From Nannocystales bacterium (GTDB lineage Bacteria > Myxococcota_A > Polyangia > Nannocystales > Nannocystaceae), in NCBI GenBank assembly GCA_038325765.1, contig JBBQJI010000013.1, positions 66,522-130,521 on the forward strand: a stretch of DNA of 64,000 nt. Reading direction: 5' to 3'. A program made the position numbers and the translations under genes. The notes below the pieces were generated by a model that saw nothing but the letters and a program-made list of their open reading frames with translations, searched no databases and was not told where the DNA came from. Below are positions 48,141-60,270 of the stretch, one piece after another (the stretch's first letter is position 1; each line of letters starts with the position of its first letter).

Positions 48141-48383
48141 TGGCGTTCCTTTCACATCGAGTGCTCGCGCCCACGGTGCGAAGGCACCGCATCACGTCGA
48201 GCCTCGTCATGGTTACACGGCAGGGGCAACCAGGTTTCATGATGAACCATGGTGGTGGCCATCTGCCAGGGAGAAACGTGCGCAGCGGTTGCAGAAGTTT
48301 CTGCGCCGCCGCGGCGTCGTTGCAAAACGGTGTTCGTTCGGCCAGCTGCATCACCGACGCGGCACTGCGTGGGGGGGTTGGGG

Positions 48384-48431
48384 GGCCGTGGCGGGTCGGG
48401 CCGTGGCGGGTCGGGCCGTGGCGGGTCGGGC
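48384..48431. repeat. 15-bp tandem repeat (ggccgtggcgggtcg) x3.2
   Basis: Direct reading of the sequence. It lies in the 394-bp non-coding stretch between hpf and the HAD hydrolase gene. Confidence 0.9.
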
Positions 48432-48534
48432 CCGGGCGCCGCGCGTCAGCGCGCGGGCGGGACGGCGGGGCCCGGGCGTGTCGACCCGCCCGCCCGCATC
48501 GGCCCGACATAGGCCCTGCCCAGCGTCTGGGCCG

Positions 48535-49119
48535 CTACAGGAGCCCGCGCGCGGCCAGGTCCGCGGTCAGGCTGGCGGCGTCGACGAACCGCACTGCGTC
48601 CATGCCGACCGCCCGCGCACCCGCGCAGTTGGCCTCCCGATCGTCCACGAACAGACACGCATCCGGCGCGACCCCGAGCCGCGAGAGCACCACCTCGTAG
48701 GCGGCGCGATCGGGCTTTCGCGCCCCCGTCTCACACGACACGAACGTCCATGGCACCCACCGCGAGAGCTCGAGCTTGGCCTCGATTAGTCGGTACCACG
48801 GCGGGTAGTTCGACAGCGCGTGCATGGCAACGTCGCGACGCAGCAGCGCATCGAGCACGGCGTCGATGCCCGGCAGCAGCACATAGGCGTCGGTCATCGC
48901 CCGCTTGAGACCGTCGACGTCGAGGCGGCGACCGTCGGCGAAGAACTGCTGCGCCAGGCCCTCCTCGTCGATGTGTCCGAGTTCGAACGACTCCCACGCG
49001 CTGGGGTGCTTGCGCGCCACCAACGTGCGAAGATCGGTGCCGAAGAACCGCGGTACCTCGACGAAGAACGGGTCGTGCACCAACGTGCCCATCACGTCGA
49101 ACAGCACGACCTCGATCAT
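48535..49119 (-). CDS. HAD-superfamily hydrolase (haloacid-dehalogenase-like subfamily)
   Basis: Motif I LFDVMGTL, motif II ALSN, and motif III/IV K...FVDD. 194 aa. Confidence 0.8.
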   Translation of the reverse strand: MIEVVLFDVMGTLVHDPFFVEVPRFFGTDLRTLVARKHPSAWESFELGHIDEEGLAQQFFADGRRLDVDGLKRAMTDAYVLLPGIDAVLDALLRRDVAMHALSNYPPWYRLIEAKLELSRWVPWTFVSCETGARKPDRAAYEVVLSRLGVAPDACLFVDDREANCAGARAVGMDAVRFVDAASLTADLAARGLL

Positions 49120-49149
49120 GGCACGACCTCGATCATGGCGTGACCTCGA

Positions 49150-49158
<9 letters not shown>
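49108..49158. repeat. 17-bp tandem repeat x3 spanning the stop/start junction
   Basis: gacctcgatcatggc(ac/gt/gc) at 49108-49124, 49125-49141 and 49142-49158. Each unit carries TCAT, which is ATGA on the minus strand. Confidence 0.92.
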
Positions 49159-50279
<1,121 letters not shown>

Positions 50280-50283
<4 letters not shown>

Positions 50284-50876
50284 GATTCGTCCTCCAACAG
50301 CAATCGTTCAGCGAGGGCGCGGGCGTGATCACCCGGGCCCCACAGTGGTCCACGGAGCTCCCCGGCGGCGACCCGCACCAGGCCGTCGGTCACGATCTGC
50401 AAGAGCGCCGCGCGCACCGGCAGACCGGCGCGCACGATGCCCTGCCCCTGCGCGCACACGAATCGCTCGACGAGATCGACCAGCGGCACGACCTGCTCGA
50501 GCAGGATCGCGGCCCCCGGTCCGGTGCCGTCGAGCACCTCGCGCAGCACGATGCGGGCGACGTCGGGCTCGGCCTCGATGAACTCTAGATAGCGATCGAG
50601 CGTCGCCCGCAGTCGATCCACGAAGGGTGCGGGCTGCGAGATCGTCGCGGTGAGTGCCGCCGCCAGATTGCCGAAGCAGCGCTCGACGGCGCGGGCGTAC
50701 AGCTCTTCTTTGGTGGCGAAGTGGTACAGCAGCGACGGGCGCGTGATGCCGGCGCGCGCGGCGATGTCGGCGAGGGTCGCGGGGCCGAAGCCTGCGGCGG
50801 CGAACTCCGCCCGCGCCGCGTCCAAGATCCGCTCGGGCGTGGCGGTCGCGTGGGCGCTCGCGGGGGGCCGTCCCAT
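50280..50876 (-). CDS. TetR-family transcriptional regulator
   Basis: ATG at 50876. The HTH is ERILDAARAEFAAAGFGPATLADIAARAGITRPSLLYHFATKEEL. Its stop overlaps the oxygenase ATG (ATGA). Confidence 0.88.
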
Positions 50877-50888
50877 GCAGGAGATCGT

Positions 50889-50908
50889 AATCGACCCACG
50901 GGTAGATT
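50889..50908. promoter_or_regulatory. Imperfect 20-bp palindrome upstream of the TetR gene (candidate operator)
   Basis: AATCGACCC-AC-GGGTAGATT has 16 of 20 positions symmetric and lies 13 nt upstream of the TetR ATG. Confidence 0.4.
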
Positions 50909-50986
50909 TGCAAGGGCGTGCCCGGACCTGCGGGCGCGGTGGAGCCCGAGCCGAGGCCGCCCGCCGCGGGCTGCTAGCCTGGGCCC

Positions 50987-51511
50987 GTGGCCGGACTTCG
51001 TCAGGGGGTGCGCACGCTGGTGACGCAGGCGGGCACGCCGGGCGGCATCGCGGGCGGTGTGGCGCTCGGCCTGTCGCTGTCGCTGGTCCCGATCCCCTTC
51101 GCGGGGATGTTCCTGGCCTTGGCCCTCGCGCCGCTGCTGCGGCTGAACCTACCGGCCACCTACGTCGGCACCGCGATCGTGAACCCGCTATCGGGGGTTT
51201 TCTTCTATTCGGCCGAACTGTGGATCGGCATGTGGCTCCTCGATCGACCGGCGCCGACGTTCGCGACCCTGCGCGCGCTCGATGCCGGTGGATGGTTCGC
51301 AACGCTCCGCGACATGCTCGGGCCGTTCGTGCTCGGTGCCGCGGTGCTGTGCGCCGCCAGCGTGACGATCGTCTACCCGCTGGTCTACGCCGCGGTGCAC
51401 CGCTGGCGCCGCGGGACGAGGCGCCGAAACGACGACGGCGCCGACCCGCGCACGCAGGCCGACGCCGATTCCGGGCGCACCGAAGCGCCCCCCCGTGTGC
51501 GCACGGACTAG
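50987..51511 (+). CDS. DUF2062-family membrane protein
   Basis: GIAGGVALGLSLSLVPIPFAGMFLALALAPLLRLNLPATYVGTAIVNPL is typical of DUF2062. Confidence 0.7.
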   Translation: MAGLRQGVRTLVTQAGTPGGIAGGVALGLSLSLVPIPFAGMFLALALAPLLRLNLPATYVGTAIVNPLSGVFFYSAELWIGMWLLDRPAPTFATLRALDAGGWFATLRDMLGPFVLGAAVLCAASVTIVYPLVYAAVHRWRRGTRRRNDDGADPRTQADADSGRTEAPPRVRTD

Positions 51512-52911
51512 CGGCGGGCGCGGCGGCGCGCCACGCCGAACGCCATCATGCCGAGCAGGCCGAAGGCCGCGCCGCTGCGATCGCCGTCGGTGGTGCAGCT
51601 ACAGCCGCCACCGTCGTCGTCGGCGCCGGCGGTATCGTCGGGCGGACCGTCGATGCCCGTGCTCGACTCGTCGCCACCATCGCCACCGTCGCCGTTGTCG
51701 TCGTTGCCGTCGCCACCCGAGGTGTCCGCAACCCCGCTCTCGCCCGAGCCACCCTCGACCGTGATGGTGGCGGTGACGGTCTCGGTGACATTGCCCGCGA
51801 GATCCGAGGCCTCGAAGGTGATCAGGAATTCACCGCCGAGCGCGCCGGCCGGTGCCAGCTCCGTAGCGCCGTAGTCACCGCCCTCGACCTGGAAGTACGG
51901 GATGCCGGTGCCCGCGAACTCGCGCTCGCAGATGCCGTTGTGCGACTTGCACACGCTGCCGTCGCCATTGCTGTCGAACTCCAGGAAGTCCGGCGAGTCA
52001 TTGGTGATGGTCCAGCGCACGAACACCAGGCCCGAGTCATCGGTGACGGTCGCCGTGAGCGGCAGATTGGAGCCCGCCGGCAGCACGATGCCGTCTTCGA
52101 TGCCGATCGCGTCGATGGAGGGCGGCGTGGTGTCCTCGACCACGGGGCCCGCACCGTAGACGCCGATGAGCTCGAAGTGGCTGCTGATCTGGTCCTCCTG
52201 ATCGTCACAGTAGCCCTCGTGGTAGAAGCCCGCGCACGCGGCGGGGTTGGACATCCCCTTCTCGTCGAGCGTCGGCACGAAGGTAGAGCACATCTCCTGG
52301 AACTCGACCGAGGGCGCCGTGAAATCCGGCGGGTAGAACATCGGATCGTCCGGGTTGTCGTTGTTCTCGAGCCCGGACATGTAGCCGACGGCGATGAGCG
52401 CGGCCATCACCGGATCGGGCGTCACGCAGTTCATCGTGCCGCCGCTGGTGTTGCCAATGTCGTTGCGGTTCGGGCCGTCGCAGTCGATGCGGGCGCCGGC
52501 GCACGTGCGCGACGTCCCCTCGGCGTTCACCTCGTCGCTGGGCAGCACCATCATGTACGGCACGTACTCGGGGGGGCGCGTGCTCGTGACGCGGATGTTG
52601 TAGGGGGCGAGCGCCGTCGTGACACCGCTGACGATGTCGTCGATGTTGGCCGGCGGCGCGTAGTCGCTGGCTTCCGCGAGGCCCGCGAGACAGCCCAGGC
52701 CAGAGTTGTCCGCGCCGCTCTGCGGAAAGGAGCACAGGTCGGCGGGCGTCAGCGGGATCGCCTCGGTGGGGATGTACAGCGTCGACGGCGCGGACTCGTA
52801 GTCGACGGCGCGCGTGGAGTCGGGCTGGCCCTGCAGTCCGCCAGCGTGCGCGACGTTGGCGATCGAGACGAAGGAAGACGCAACGAATAGGACGGCAATG
52901 GATCGCTTCAT
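51508..52911 (-). CDS. Secreted protein with Ig-like domain and MYXO-CTERM sorting tail
   Basis: ATG at 52911. Signal MKRSIAVLFVASSFVSIANVAHA. Acidic G/D linker, then C-terminal GGGCSCTTDGDRSGAAFGLLGMMAFGVARRRARR (GC-x-C, hydrophobic helix, Arg cluster). Confidence 0.75.
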   Translation of the reverse strand: MKRSIAVLFVASSFVSIANVAHAGGLQGQPDSTRAVDYESAPSTLYIPTEAIPLTPADLCSFPQSGADNSGLGCLAGLAEASDYAPPANIDDIVSGVTTALAPYNIRVTSTRPPEYVPYMMVLPSDEVNAEGTSRTCAGARIDCDGPNRNDIGNTSGGTMNCVTPDPVMAALIAVGYMSGLENNDNPDDPMFYPPDFTAPSVEFQEMCSTFVPTLDEKGMSNPAACAGFYHEGYCDDQEDQISSHFELIGVYGAGPVVEDTTPPSIDAIGIEDGIVLPAGSNLPLTATVTDDSGLVFVRWTITNDSPDFLEFDSNGDGSVCKSHNGICEREFAGTGIPYFQVEGGDYGATELAPAGALGGEFLITFEASDLAGNVTETVTATITVEGGSGESGVADTSGGDGNDDNGDGGDGGDESSTGIDGPPDDTAGADDDGGGCSCTTDGDRSGAAFGLLGMMAFGVARRRARR

Positions 52912-53081
52912 GTCAGCTCCTCGGGGGTATGCGGGACGCTGCCGCGAACGCGGCGGTGCTGTCAACCGTGCGCGGGACGGTCGACGCCGGCGACCATCGC
53001 CGCACACGGGTGCGATGGCGCCACCACCCGCACGTGCAACAGAGGCGTGCGTTCACTCTCGGGTCGACGGTCGCGACGGTC

Positions 53082-54116
53082 TCACGCCGCACGCAGGCGC
53101 GGGATCTCGAGGGTCGGGCCGCGCTCGATCCGGAGCTCGACGAACCCATGGAACATCTCGCCGTCGATCACCGGATCGATGGTCTCGTCGGCCCGCGGCA
53201 CCACGCGCATCGTCGTGGCAGGGCCGTCGAACACCGCGCGGCCCCAGATCGGCGTGCCGAGCACCATGTTGGGGAGATTCGCCACCATGCCCAGGGACGT
53301 CGACGCCACCGCCTGCGCATGCAGGACGCCGGGCGCCTGCGCCAGACGGAACGTTCGCACCACGCCGCCGAGGTTGATGTCGATCGATCCGACCTGCAGT
53401 GAGACGAAGCGGTCGAATTCCAGGGCGCGACCGTCGAGCTCGACCCGGGCGTGGGTCGGCGAGAACATCGCGTCGGCGTACTCGCGCAGACCCTCGGGCA
53501 CGAAGCCGGCGAGGCCTGGGGTGTGACCGGCGATGGCGCCGGCTACCGACTTGCCCAGCACCCGCGCGATCGACCAGGCATCCACGGGCCGGCGCTCGTA
53601 GAGCTTGCCGAACACACGCTGGGCGATGCCGCCTACCGCCGACGCGAAGCCCAGGTGCTCGAATGTCTCGCCGTCGCGGCGAACCCCGTGCATGCGCATG
53701 GTGTCGAGCGCCACCGTCTCGAGGGGCGCACCGCTCGCCAGGCGACCGGCGAGGGCCGAGGCGAGCCCGACCGCATCCCCGCGGATGCCGGCCTTGTGGG
53801 CGACGAAATCGATGCTGCCGCCGTTGCCCGGCAAGATGCGCGGCCACGCCACTTCCTCGCCCCGTGCACGACGGGCCCGCAGGCGCGCGTCGGCGATCGA
53901 CAACATCCAGTGCAGCGTGCCGTCGCCGCCGTCGCAGACCCAGTGCCGACAGCCGGCGTCGATGAACTCGTCGAGGACGGCGCCGACCTCGGCGAGATCG
54001 CCGGTCTGGCGCACGATGCCGCGGCGACCGACGGCGCGCTCGAGCGCAGCCAGCCGCCCCGCGTTGCGACGGTTCTTGCCCGAGTTCGGGTTGGTCAACA
54101 CGCCGACGTCAGGCAT
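53082..54116 (-). CDS. Diacylglycerol-kinase-family lipid kinase (DAGK_cat, YegS/BmrU-like)
   Basis: ATG at 54116. VGVLTNPNSGKNR and VCDGGDGTLH motifs. Confidence 0.7.
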   Translation of the reverse strand: MPDVGVLTNPNSGKNRRNAGRLAALERAVGRRGIVRQTGDLAEVGAVLDEFIDAGCRHWVCDGGDGTLHWMLSIADARLRARRARGEEVAWPRILPGNGGSIDFVAHKAGIRGDAVGLASALAGRLASGAPLETVALDTMRMHGVRRDGETFEHLGFASAVGGIAQRVFGKLYERRPVDAWSIARVLGKSVAGAIAGHTPGLAGFVPEGLREYADAMFSPTHARVELDGRALEFDRFVSLQVGSIDINLGGVVRTFRLAQAPGVLHAQAVASTSLGMVANLPNMVLGTPIWGRAVFDGPATTMRVVPRADETIDPVIDGEMFHGFVELRIERGPTLEIPRLRAA

Positions 54117-54237
54117 TCGGAGGCGGAGTATGACCGCAACCCGGCAGGCCGTCATCGTGCGCATTTCGATGCACGCGCACCGCGAAGACCACTGCGCACC
54201 GGCCAGCCCGCGCCGCTCCCGTGACGCGCGGGCGGCC

Positions 54238-55356
54238 TCAGCGGGCGTGCCGCGACCGCGACACGCTCATGAGGATACCGAGCGCGACCATCACGGTGAG
54301 CACGTTGCTGCCGCCGGCGCTGATGAACGGCAAGGTCACCCCCGACACCGGCAACAGTTGCAGCACCATCCCGACGTTGATGCCGACGTGCAAGAAGAAC
54401 AGCGTCGCCACCCCGACGCACAACAGGGCGCCGAAGCGATCGCGCGCCTGTGACGCGATGTTGATCGCCCACAGCACCAAGCTGGCGTACAGGGTCAGCA
54501 GCATCGCGCCGCCGACGAAGCCCCATTCCTCGGCGTACACGGCGAAGGGGAAATCGGTGAACGGCTCGGGCAGGAAGCCCAGGGCGCTCTGGGTGCCCTT
54601 GTCGACGCCGCGCCCGAAGAACCCGCCGTCGCCGACGGCGACCATCGCTTGGATGGTCTGGTAGCCCTCGTCGTCGGCGTACAGCTCGGGGTTGAGCCAC
54701 ACGTCGATGCGCTTGCGCTGATAGTTGAGCATGTAGCTCCAGCCGAGCGCGAAGCCGATGACGGCGGTCGACATCAACACCAAGAAGCTGCGCAGCGTGA
54801 GCCCGGTGACCGCGAGCAGCGACAACGCGATGACGCCGATCATCAAGCTGGTGGAGAGGTCGGGCTGGTAGACGACCAGCCCCATCGGCGCCAGCGCCAT
54901 GAGCGCCGGCGTGGCGAGCTCGCGGAGGTCGCGTTTGGTGCGCCGCGCCGAGCTGTCGTGCAGGTAGCGCGCGAGCGCGAGCACGATGAGCACCTTCATC
55001 AGCTCGGAGGGCTGCAGGCGCCAGTCGTCGTTGCCCAGCCAGCGGCGGGCGTTGTTCACCTTGATGCCGACCAACGGCACCAGGCCGAGCAGGCACACGC
55101 CGACGGCGTAGGCGGCATAGGCGCCGCGATAGATGACGCGGTAGTCGATCGCGGTGACGACGAACATCGCGATCGTGCCGAGCCCGACCCAGCGCAGCTG
55201 GGTGCCGACGCGACCCGTCCAGTCGCCCTTGCCGGCGCTGTTGAGGTTGATGAGCGCCAACGCGATGATCGAAAAGGTCACGATGACGACGACCCAGTCC
55301 ACCGATCGGCGCAGCCGACTCAGCAGATCCTGGGGCCGGTCGAGCGTGGATCGCAT
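54238..55356 (-). CDS. rodA: SEDS peptidoglycan glycosyltransferase RodA
   Basis: FtsW/RodA/SpoVE-family multi-TM protein (QPSELMK, AEEWGFVG, GVTLPFISAGGSN). It follows mrdA in the mre operon. ATG at 55356. Confidence 0.9.
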   Translation of the reverse strand: MRSTLDRPQDLLSRLRRSVDWVVVIVTFSIIALALINLNSAGKGDWTGRVGTQLRWVGLGTIAMFVVTAIDYRVIYRGAYAAYAVGVCLLGLVPLVGIKVNNARRWLGNDDWRLQPSELMKVLIVLALARYLHDSSARRTKRDLRELATPALMALAPMGLVVYQPDLSTSLMIGVIALSLLAVTGLTLRSFLVLMSTAVIGFALGWSYMLNYQRKRIDVWLNPELYADDEGYQTIQAMVAVGDGGFFGRGVDKGTQSALGFLPEPFTDFPFAVYAEEWGFVGGAMLLTLYASLVLWAINIASQARDRFGALLCVGVATLFFLHVGINVGMVLQLLPVSGVTLPFISAGGSNVLTVMVALGILMSVSRSRHAR

Positions 55357-57425
55357 CAGCGGCCGTCCTTGCCCGGCGTGCCCGGCGTGCCCGGCGTGCC
55401 CGGCGTGCCCGGCGTGCCCGAGGTGGCGGGCGGCGTCGCGGTGCGCCCCGGCAGCGGCGGGGGCACGCCGGCCGCGCGCGGCGCGACGCCCGATGCGGAC
55501 GTCGTGCTCTCGCTGCCCAAGTACTGGTCGATGACCTTCATGACGATCGGCGCGGCAGCGTCGGCACCGGTGCCGCCGTGCTCGACGACGGCGACGACCA
55601 CGATCCGTGGCGCCTCCGCCGGGGCATAGGCGGCGAACCACGCGTGATCTTGCGTGGTGTCCCAACCCTCGATCTCGATGCCGGCCTTGCTGATGTCGCG
55701 GCCGACCTGGGCGGTGCCGGTCTTGCCGGCCACCACGACGCTGCCCAGCCGCTCGCTGTAAGCGGTGCCAGCCTCGTCGTTGACGACGCCGACCAGCCCG
55801 CGGTGGATGCGGGCGCGATCGACCGCATCGATCACCGGCTTGTCGTTGCGCGGCTGCGGCTGGGTCGACAGCACCAGCTTGCCCTCGTTGGTCTCGATGC
55901 GATCGACGAGATACGGCGTGAGCACGAAGCCGCCGTTCGCGATCGCACCGTAGAGCACCGCGAGCTGCATGACGGTGACCTTGACGTTGCCCTGGCCGAT
56001 CGCGCTGTTGAGGCGCACGCCGCCTTGATAGGTGCCCTCGCGCGCCTCGAACTCCTCGGTGGGGATGGTGCCCTTGACCTCACCGTTGATGCCCAAGCCC
56101 GAGCGTTCTCCGAGGCCGAGCACCCGCGCGATCGGGGCCACCCGCTCGAGGCTCAGGGTGCTCTGGACCGCGAGGTTGTAGAAGTACGTGTTGCACGACT
56201 CGACGATCGCGCGCTCGAGGTCGACCGTGCCGTGCACGTGGGTGTCCTTGAAGCGACGACCACCGAACACCAGCGAGCCCGTACACTCGAAATCGGCGTC
56301 GGGATCGAACTCGGGATCCCACAGGGCCGCGAGCGCCGACACGACCTTGTAGGTCGAGCCGGGGAAGAAGTGCTCCTGCACGGTCTTGTCGATGAAGGGC
56401 TTGAGCGGGCTGTCCGACCACTCACGCCACAGCTCCGACGGGATCGGCTGCTCGTAGCGGTTGGGATCCACACCCGGCACCGACACCATCGCCAACACCC
56501 GACCGGTGTCGGCCTCGATCGCGACCACGGCCCCGGCGAGTCGTTCGGACAGCGCCTCGTGGGCGACCCGCTGCAGATCGAGATCGAGGGTGAGATAGAT
56601 GTCCTGTCCCGGGATCGGATCGCGATCAGGCGGCAGCGCGGCGATCGCCTCGGCCGGGGCGTTCGCCACCTCGTGACGCGCGGCGTTGACCACCCGCGAA
56701 CGCGACCCCAAACGCCCCCGCAGGTAGTTCTCCCACTGCCGCTCGATGCCGGTCTGACCCACGCGGTCGCCGGGCCGATACGACAGGTGATCGGAGCGTT
56801 CGAGCGCCTCGCGGCCGATGTTGCCCATGTGACCGGTGACGAACCCCGTCAGCTCGCCCTCGGGATAGTAGCGGCGCGAGCTCTCGCGGATCTCGATCCA
56901 CGGTTCGAGTGAGTCCTGGCGGGCCTCGATGCGGGCGTACTCGTTCCACGTCAGGTTGCGGCGGAGGATCTGGGCATATCGGCCGCGCTCCTCGTCGAGC
57001 CGGAGCTCCTCGAGCTTGGCGATCATCGCGCTGCGATCGACATCGTCGACGAAGTCGAACAGCGACACGAGCAGGTCGCGGGAGCCGTCGTCGATCGGGG
57101 TGCGGAGGCCCTCTTCGGTGGGCACGATGCCGCCGTCCTCGGAGGCTTGGAACCGGGTCCAGGCTGTGACGTACAGCGTGTAGCCCGGGCGGTTGGTCGC
57201 CAGCGAGCGGCCCTTGATGTCGAAGACGCGCCCACGCGGCGCCTCGACGTCGACGACATCCACGAAGTTGCGCTCGGCGCGGCGGGCGTAGTGATCGCCC
57301 TCGAGCACCTGGAGCTGGCACAGCCGCAACATGAGGCCGGCGAACACCGCGAACACGAGCAGGACCATGGCCGAGAACCGCGGCCGCAGCTCCCTCAAAT
57401 CGTCGGTCTGGCGCAGGTCGATCAT
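55356..57425 (-). CDS. mrdA: Penicillin-binding protein 2 (elongasome transpeptidase)
   Basis: ATG at 57425 (MIDLRQ), TM helix, PBP dimerisation domain, and the SxxK (STYK), SxN (SCN) and KTG (KTGTA) motifs. The C-terminal tail has (TPG)x5. Confidence 0.92.
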   Translation of the reverse strand: MIDLRQTDDLRELRPRFSAMVLLVFAVFAGLMLRLCQLQVLEGDHYARRAERNFVDVVDVEAPRGRVFDIKGRSLATNRPGYTLYVTAWTRFQASEDGGIVPTEEGLRTPIDDGSRDLLVSLFDFVDDVDRSAMIAKLEELRLDEERGRYAQILRRNLTWNEYARIEARQDSLEPWIEIRESSRRYYPEGELTGFVTGHMGNIGREALERSDHLSYRPGDRVGQTGIERQWENYLRGRLGSRSRVVNAARHEVANAPAEAIAALPPDRDPIPGQDIYLTLDLDLQRVAHEALSERLAGAVVAIEADTGRVLAMVSVPGVDPNRYEQPIPSELWREWSDSPLKPFIDKTVQEHFFPGSTYKVVSALAALWDPEFDPDADFECTGSLVFGGRRFKDTHVHGTVDLERAIVESCNTYFYNLAVQSTLSLERVAPIARVLGLGERSGLGINGEVKGTIPTEEFEAREGTYQGGVRLNSAIGQGNVKVTVMQLAVLYGAIANGGFVLTPYLVDRIETNEGKLVLSTQPQPRNDKPVIDAVDRARIHRGLVGVVNDEAGTAYSERLGSVVVAGKTGTAQVGRDISKAGIEIEGWDTTQDHAWFAAYAPAEAPRIVVVAVVEHGGTGADAAAPIVMKVIDQYLGSESTTSASGVAPRAAGVPPPLPGRTATPPATSGTPGTPGTPGTPGTPGKDGR
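55371..55415. repeat. 9-bp tandem repeat (gcccggcgt) x5 in the mrdA 3-prime end
   Basis: Direct reading of the sequence. It encodes GTPGTPGTPGTPGTPG at the PBP2 C-terminus. Confidence 0.9.
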
Positions 57426-57967
57426 CGCGGATCCAGGTGCAGCTCGCTCGGCGTCTGCGCGTCGAGGCGGAACACAGCGAAGATGCGCTGCAGCAGGGCC
57501 CAAACCGGCGGGGCGACCAGCACGGTCGCCAGCGCATGCCAGCGCAGCGACAGCGCCATCGGCCACAGCGCCTCGGTGCGGATGGAGAGGGGATCGGCGA
57601 GCGCGAGCAGGGTCAGCATGGTGAGGGTATCGACCAGCGTCACCGCCATGAGCGAGACCAGCGCCCGCATCGACCACCCCCGCACCGCGATGCGTCCCGC
57701 GGCCCAGTGCAGCACGAGGAACGACAGCGCGAACGCCAGGGTGAGCACGCCCGTCGGCGCGCCTTGGTGCAGGTCTTCGACATAGCCGAGCGCGACCGCG
57801 ACCGCGAGCCCCGGCACCAGCTCGCGCTGACCGGCGAAGGCGGCGTGAGCCACGACGACCGCCGAAGTCGCCGGCAGCATGATCGACAGCCCGAGGACGT
57901 CGGCGAGACCACCGACGAGCGCGACGAGCATCCAGCCGACGATGAGGTGGGTGAACGCGCGCAGCAT
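57422..57967 (-). CDS. mreD: Rod shape-determining protein MreD
   Basis: ATG at 57967. Small polytopic membrane protein located between mreC and mrdA. Its stop overlaps the mrdA ATG. Confidence 0.8.
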   Translation of the reverse strand: MLRAFTHLIVGWMLVALVGGLADVLGLSIMLPATSAVVVAHAAFAGQRELVPGLAVAVALGYVEDLHQGAPTGVLTLAFALSFLVLHWAAGRIAVRGWSMRALVSLMAVTLVDTLTMLTLLALADPLSIRTEALWPMALSLRWHALATVLVAPPVWALLQRIFAVFRLDAQTPSELHLDPR

Positions 57968-57974
57968 CGGGACC

Positions 57975-58859
57975 TCAGCGGATCGGCACCAGGCCGCGCG
58001 CCTGCGGCAGGGGCTGGACGACCTCGGCGCGCGGGTCGGGCTGCGGCGCCGCCGCGAGCACCACCCAGACCACGTCGATCCGATCGAAGCGCACCGACGG
58101 CACCACACGCAGGCGCTGCTGATCGCCGACGAGTTGTTCGATCGCGGCGACGTTGCCCACGGGGTGGCCCTTGGGAAACAGCTCATCGACGCCGCTGGTC
58201 TGCACGACGTCGCCCACCTGAACCTCGTAGTCCTTGGACACGTCGACGATGCAGCTGTCCTCGCTGTGGCCTTCGAGGATGCCCTGGGCGTGGTTGCGGG
58301 CGACCTCGACGGCGATCTTGCTGCGGGCGTCGGTGATGAGCATGACGTCGCTGTAGTCGTCGAAGCTCTTGTCGATACGACCGACGACGCCGTCGGGAGC
58401 GAGCACCGCCATGCCGGGCTCGGCGATGTTGGTGCCGCGGTCGATGCGGATGTTGACCACGCGGAAGAACGGCGACTGATCGACGCCGACGCGCTCGGCG
58501 GGGATCATGTCCTCGGGCACGCGGTCACGCATCTGCAGGGCGCGGCGCAGCTCGGCGTTTTCCTCGTCGAGCTGCACGAGGTCGCGCATCTTCTGTTTGA
58601 GTTCGCGGTTCTCGCCGGACAGCTCTTCGTTGGCGTCCTGCAGCTTGGCCTGCAGCACCCAGCGCTGGAAGAAGCCGCCGAGCATGCCGAACGAGTAGGA
58701 GACGCCGGCCTCGAGCGGCGCGCCGATGCGCCGGATCGCCCGGTCGAACGCGCCCATGTCGTGGGGGTCCTTGGCGCTCGCGCGCAGCAGCAGCACCGGG
58801 ATCCCGAGCAGGATCACCACCAGTGCGCCGTTGCGAACGCTGTGGAGTGAAACCGCCAT
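57975..58859 (-). CDS. mreC: Rod shape-determining protein MreC
   Basis: N-terminal TM helix, coiled coil ELSGENRELKQKMRDLVQLDEENAELRRAL, and beta-barrel domains (VVGRIDK, GHPVGNV). Confidence 0.9.
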   Translation of the reverse strand: MAVSLHSVRNGALVVILLGIPVLLLRASAKDPHDMGAFDRAIRRIGAPLEAGVSYSFGMLGGFFQRWVLQAKLQDANEELSGENRELKQKMRDLVQLDEENAELRRALQMRDRVPEDMIPAERVGVDQSPFFRVVNIRIDRGTNIAEPGMAVLAPDGVVGRIDKSFDDYSDVMLITDARSKIAVEVARNHAQGILEGHSEDSCIVDVSKDYEVQVGDVVQTSGVDELFPKGHPVGNVAAIEQLVGDQQRLRVVPSVRFDRIDVVWVVLAAAPQPDPRAEVVQPLPQARGLVPIR

Positions 58860-58992
58860 GGGAACCGCTGTACCGGCGAAGGCTCGCGCTGCTTCCGAAG
58901 CACGTCAGGGCAGCTCGAATCCCCCCGCGTGCGGGGAAACGCCGCGCGTCAGCGCGTACCGCGGCGGGCTGGGCGTTTCGAGGGGGAAAAGG

Positions 58993-60270
<1,278 letters not shown>

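Noticed and set aside
48233-48248. Palindrome ggtttcatgatgaacc upstream of hpf as a defined operator
   Set aside because: The two arms are offset by one base (GGTTTCAT versus GGTTCAT), so it is not a true palindrome. It is kept only as a minor note within the hpf leader finding.
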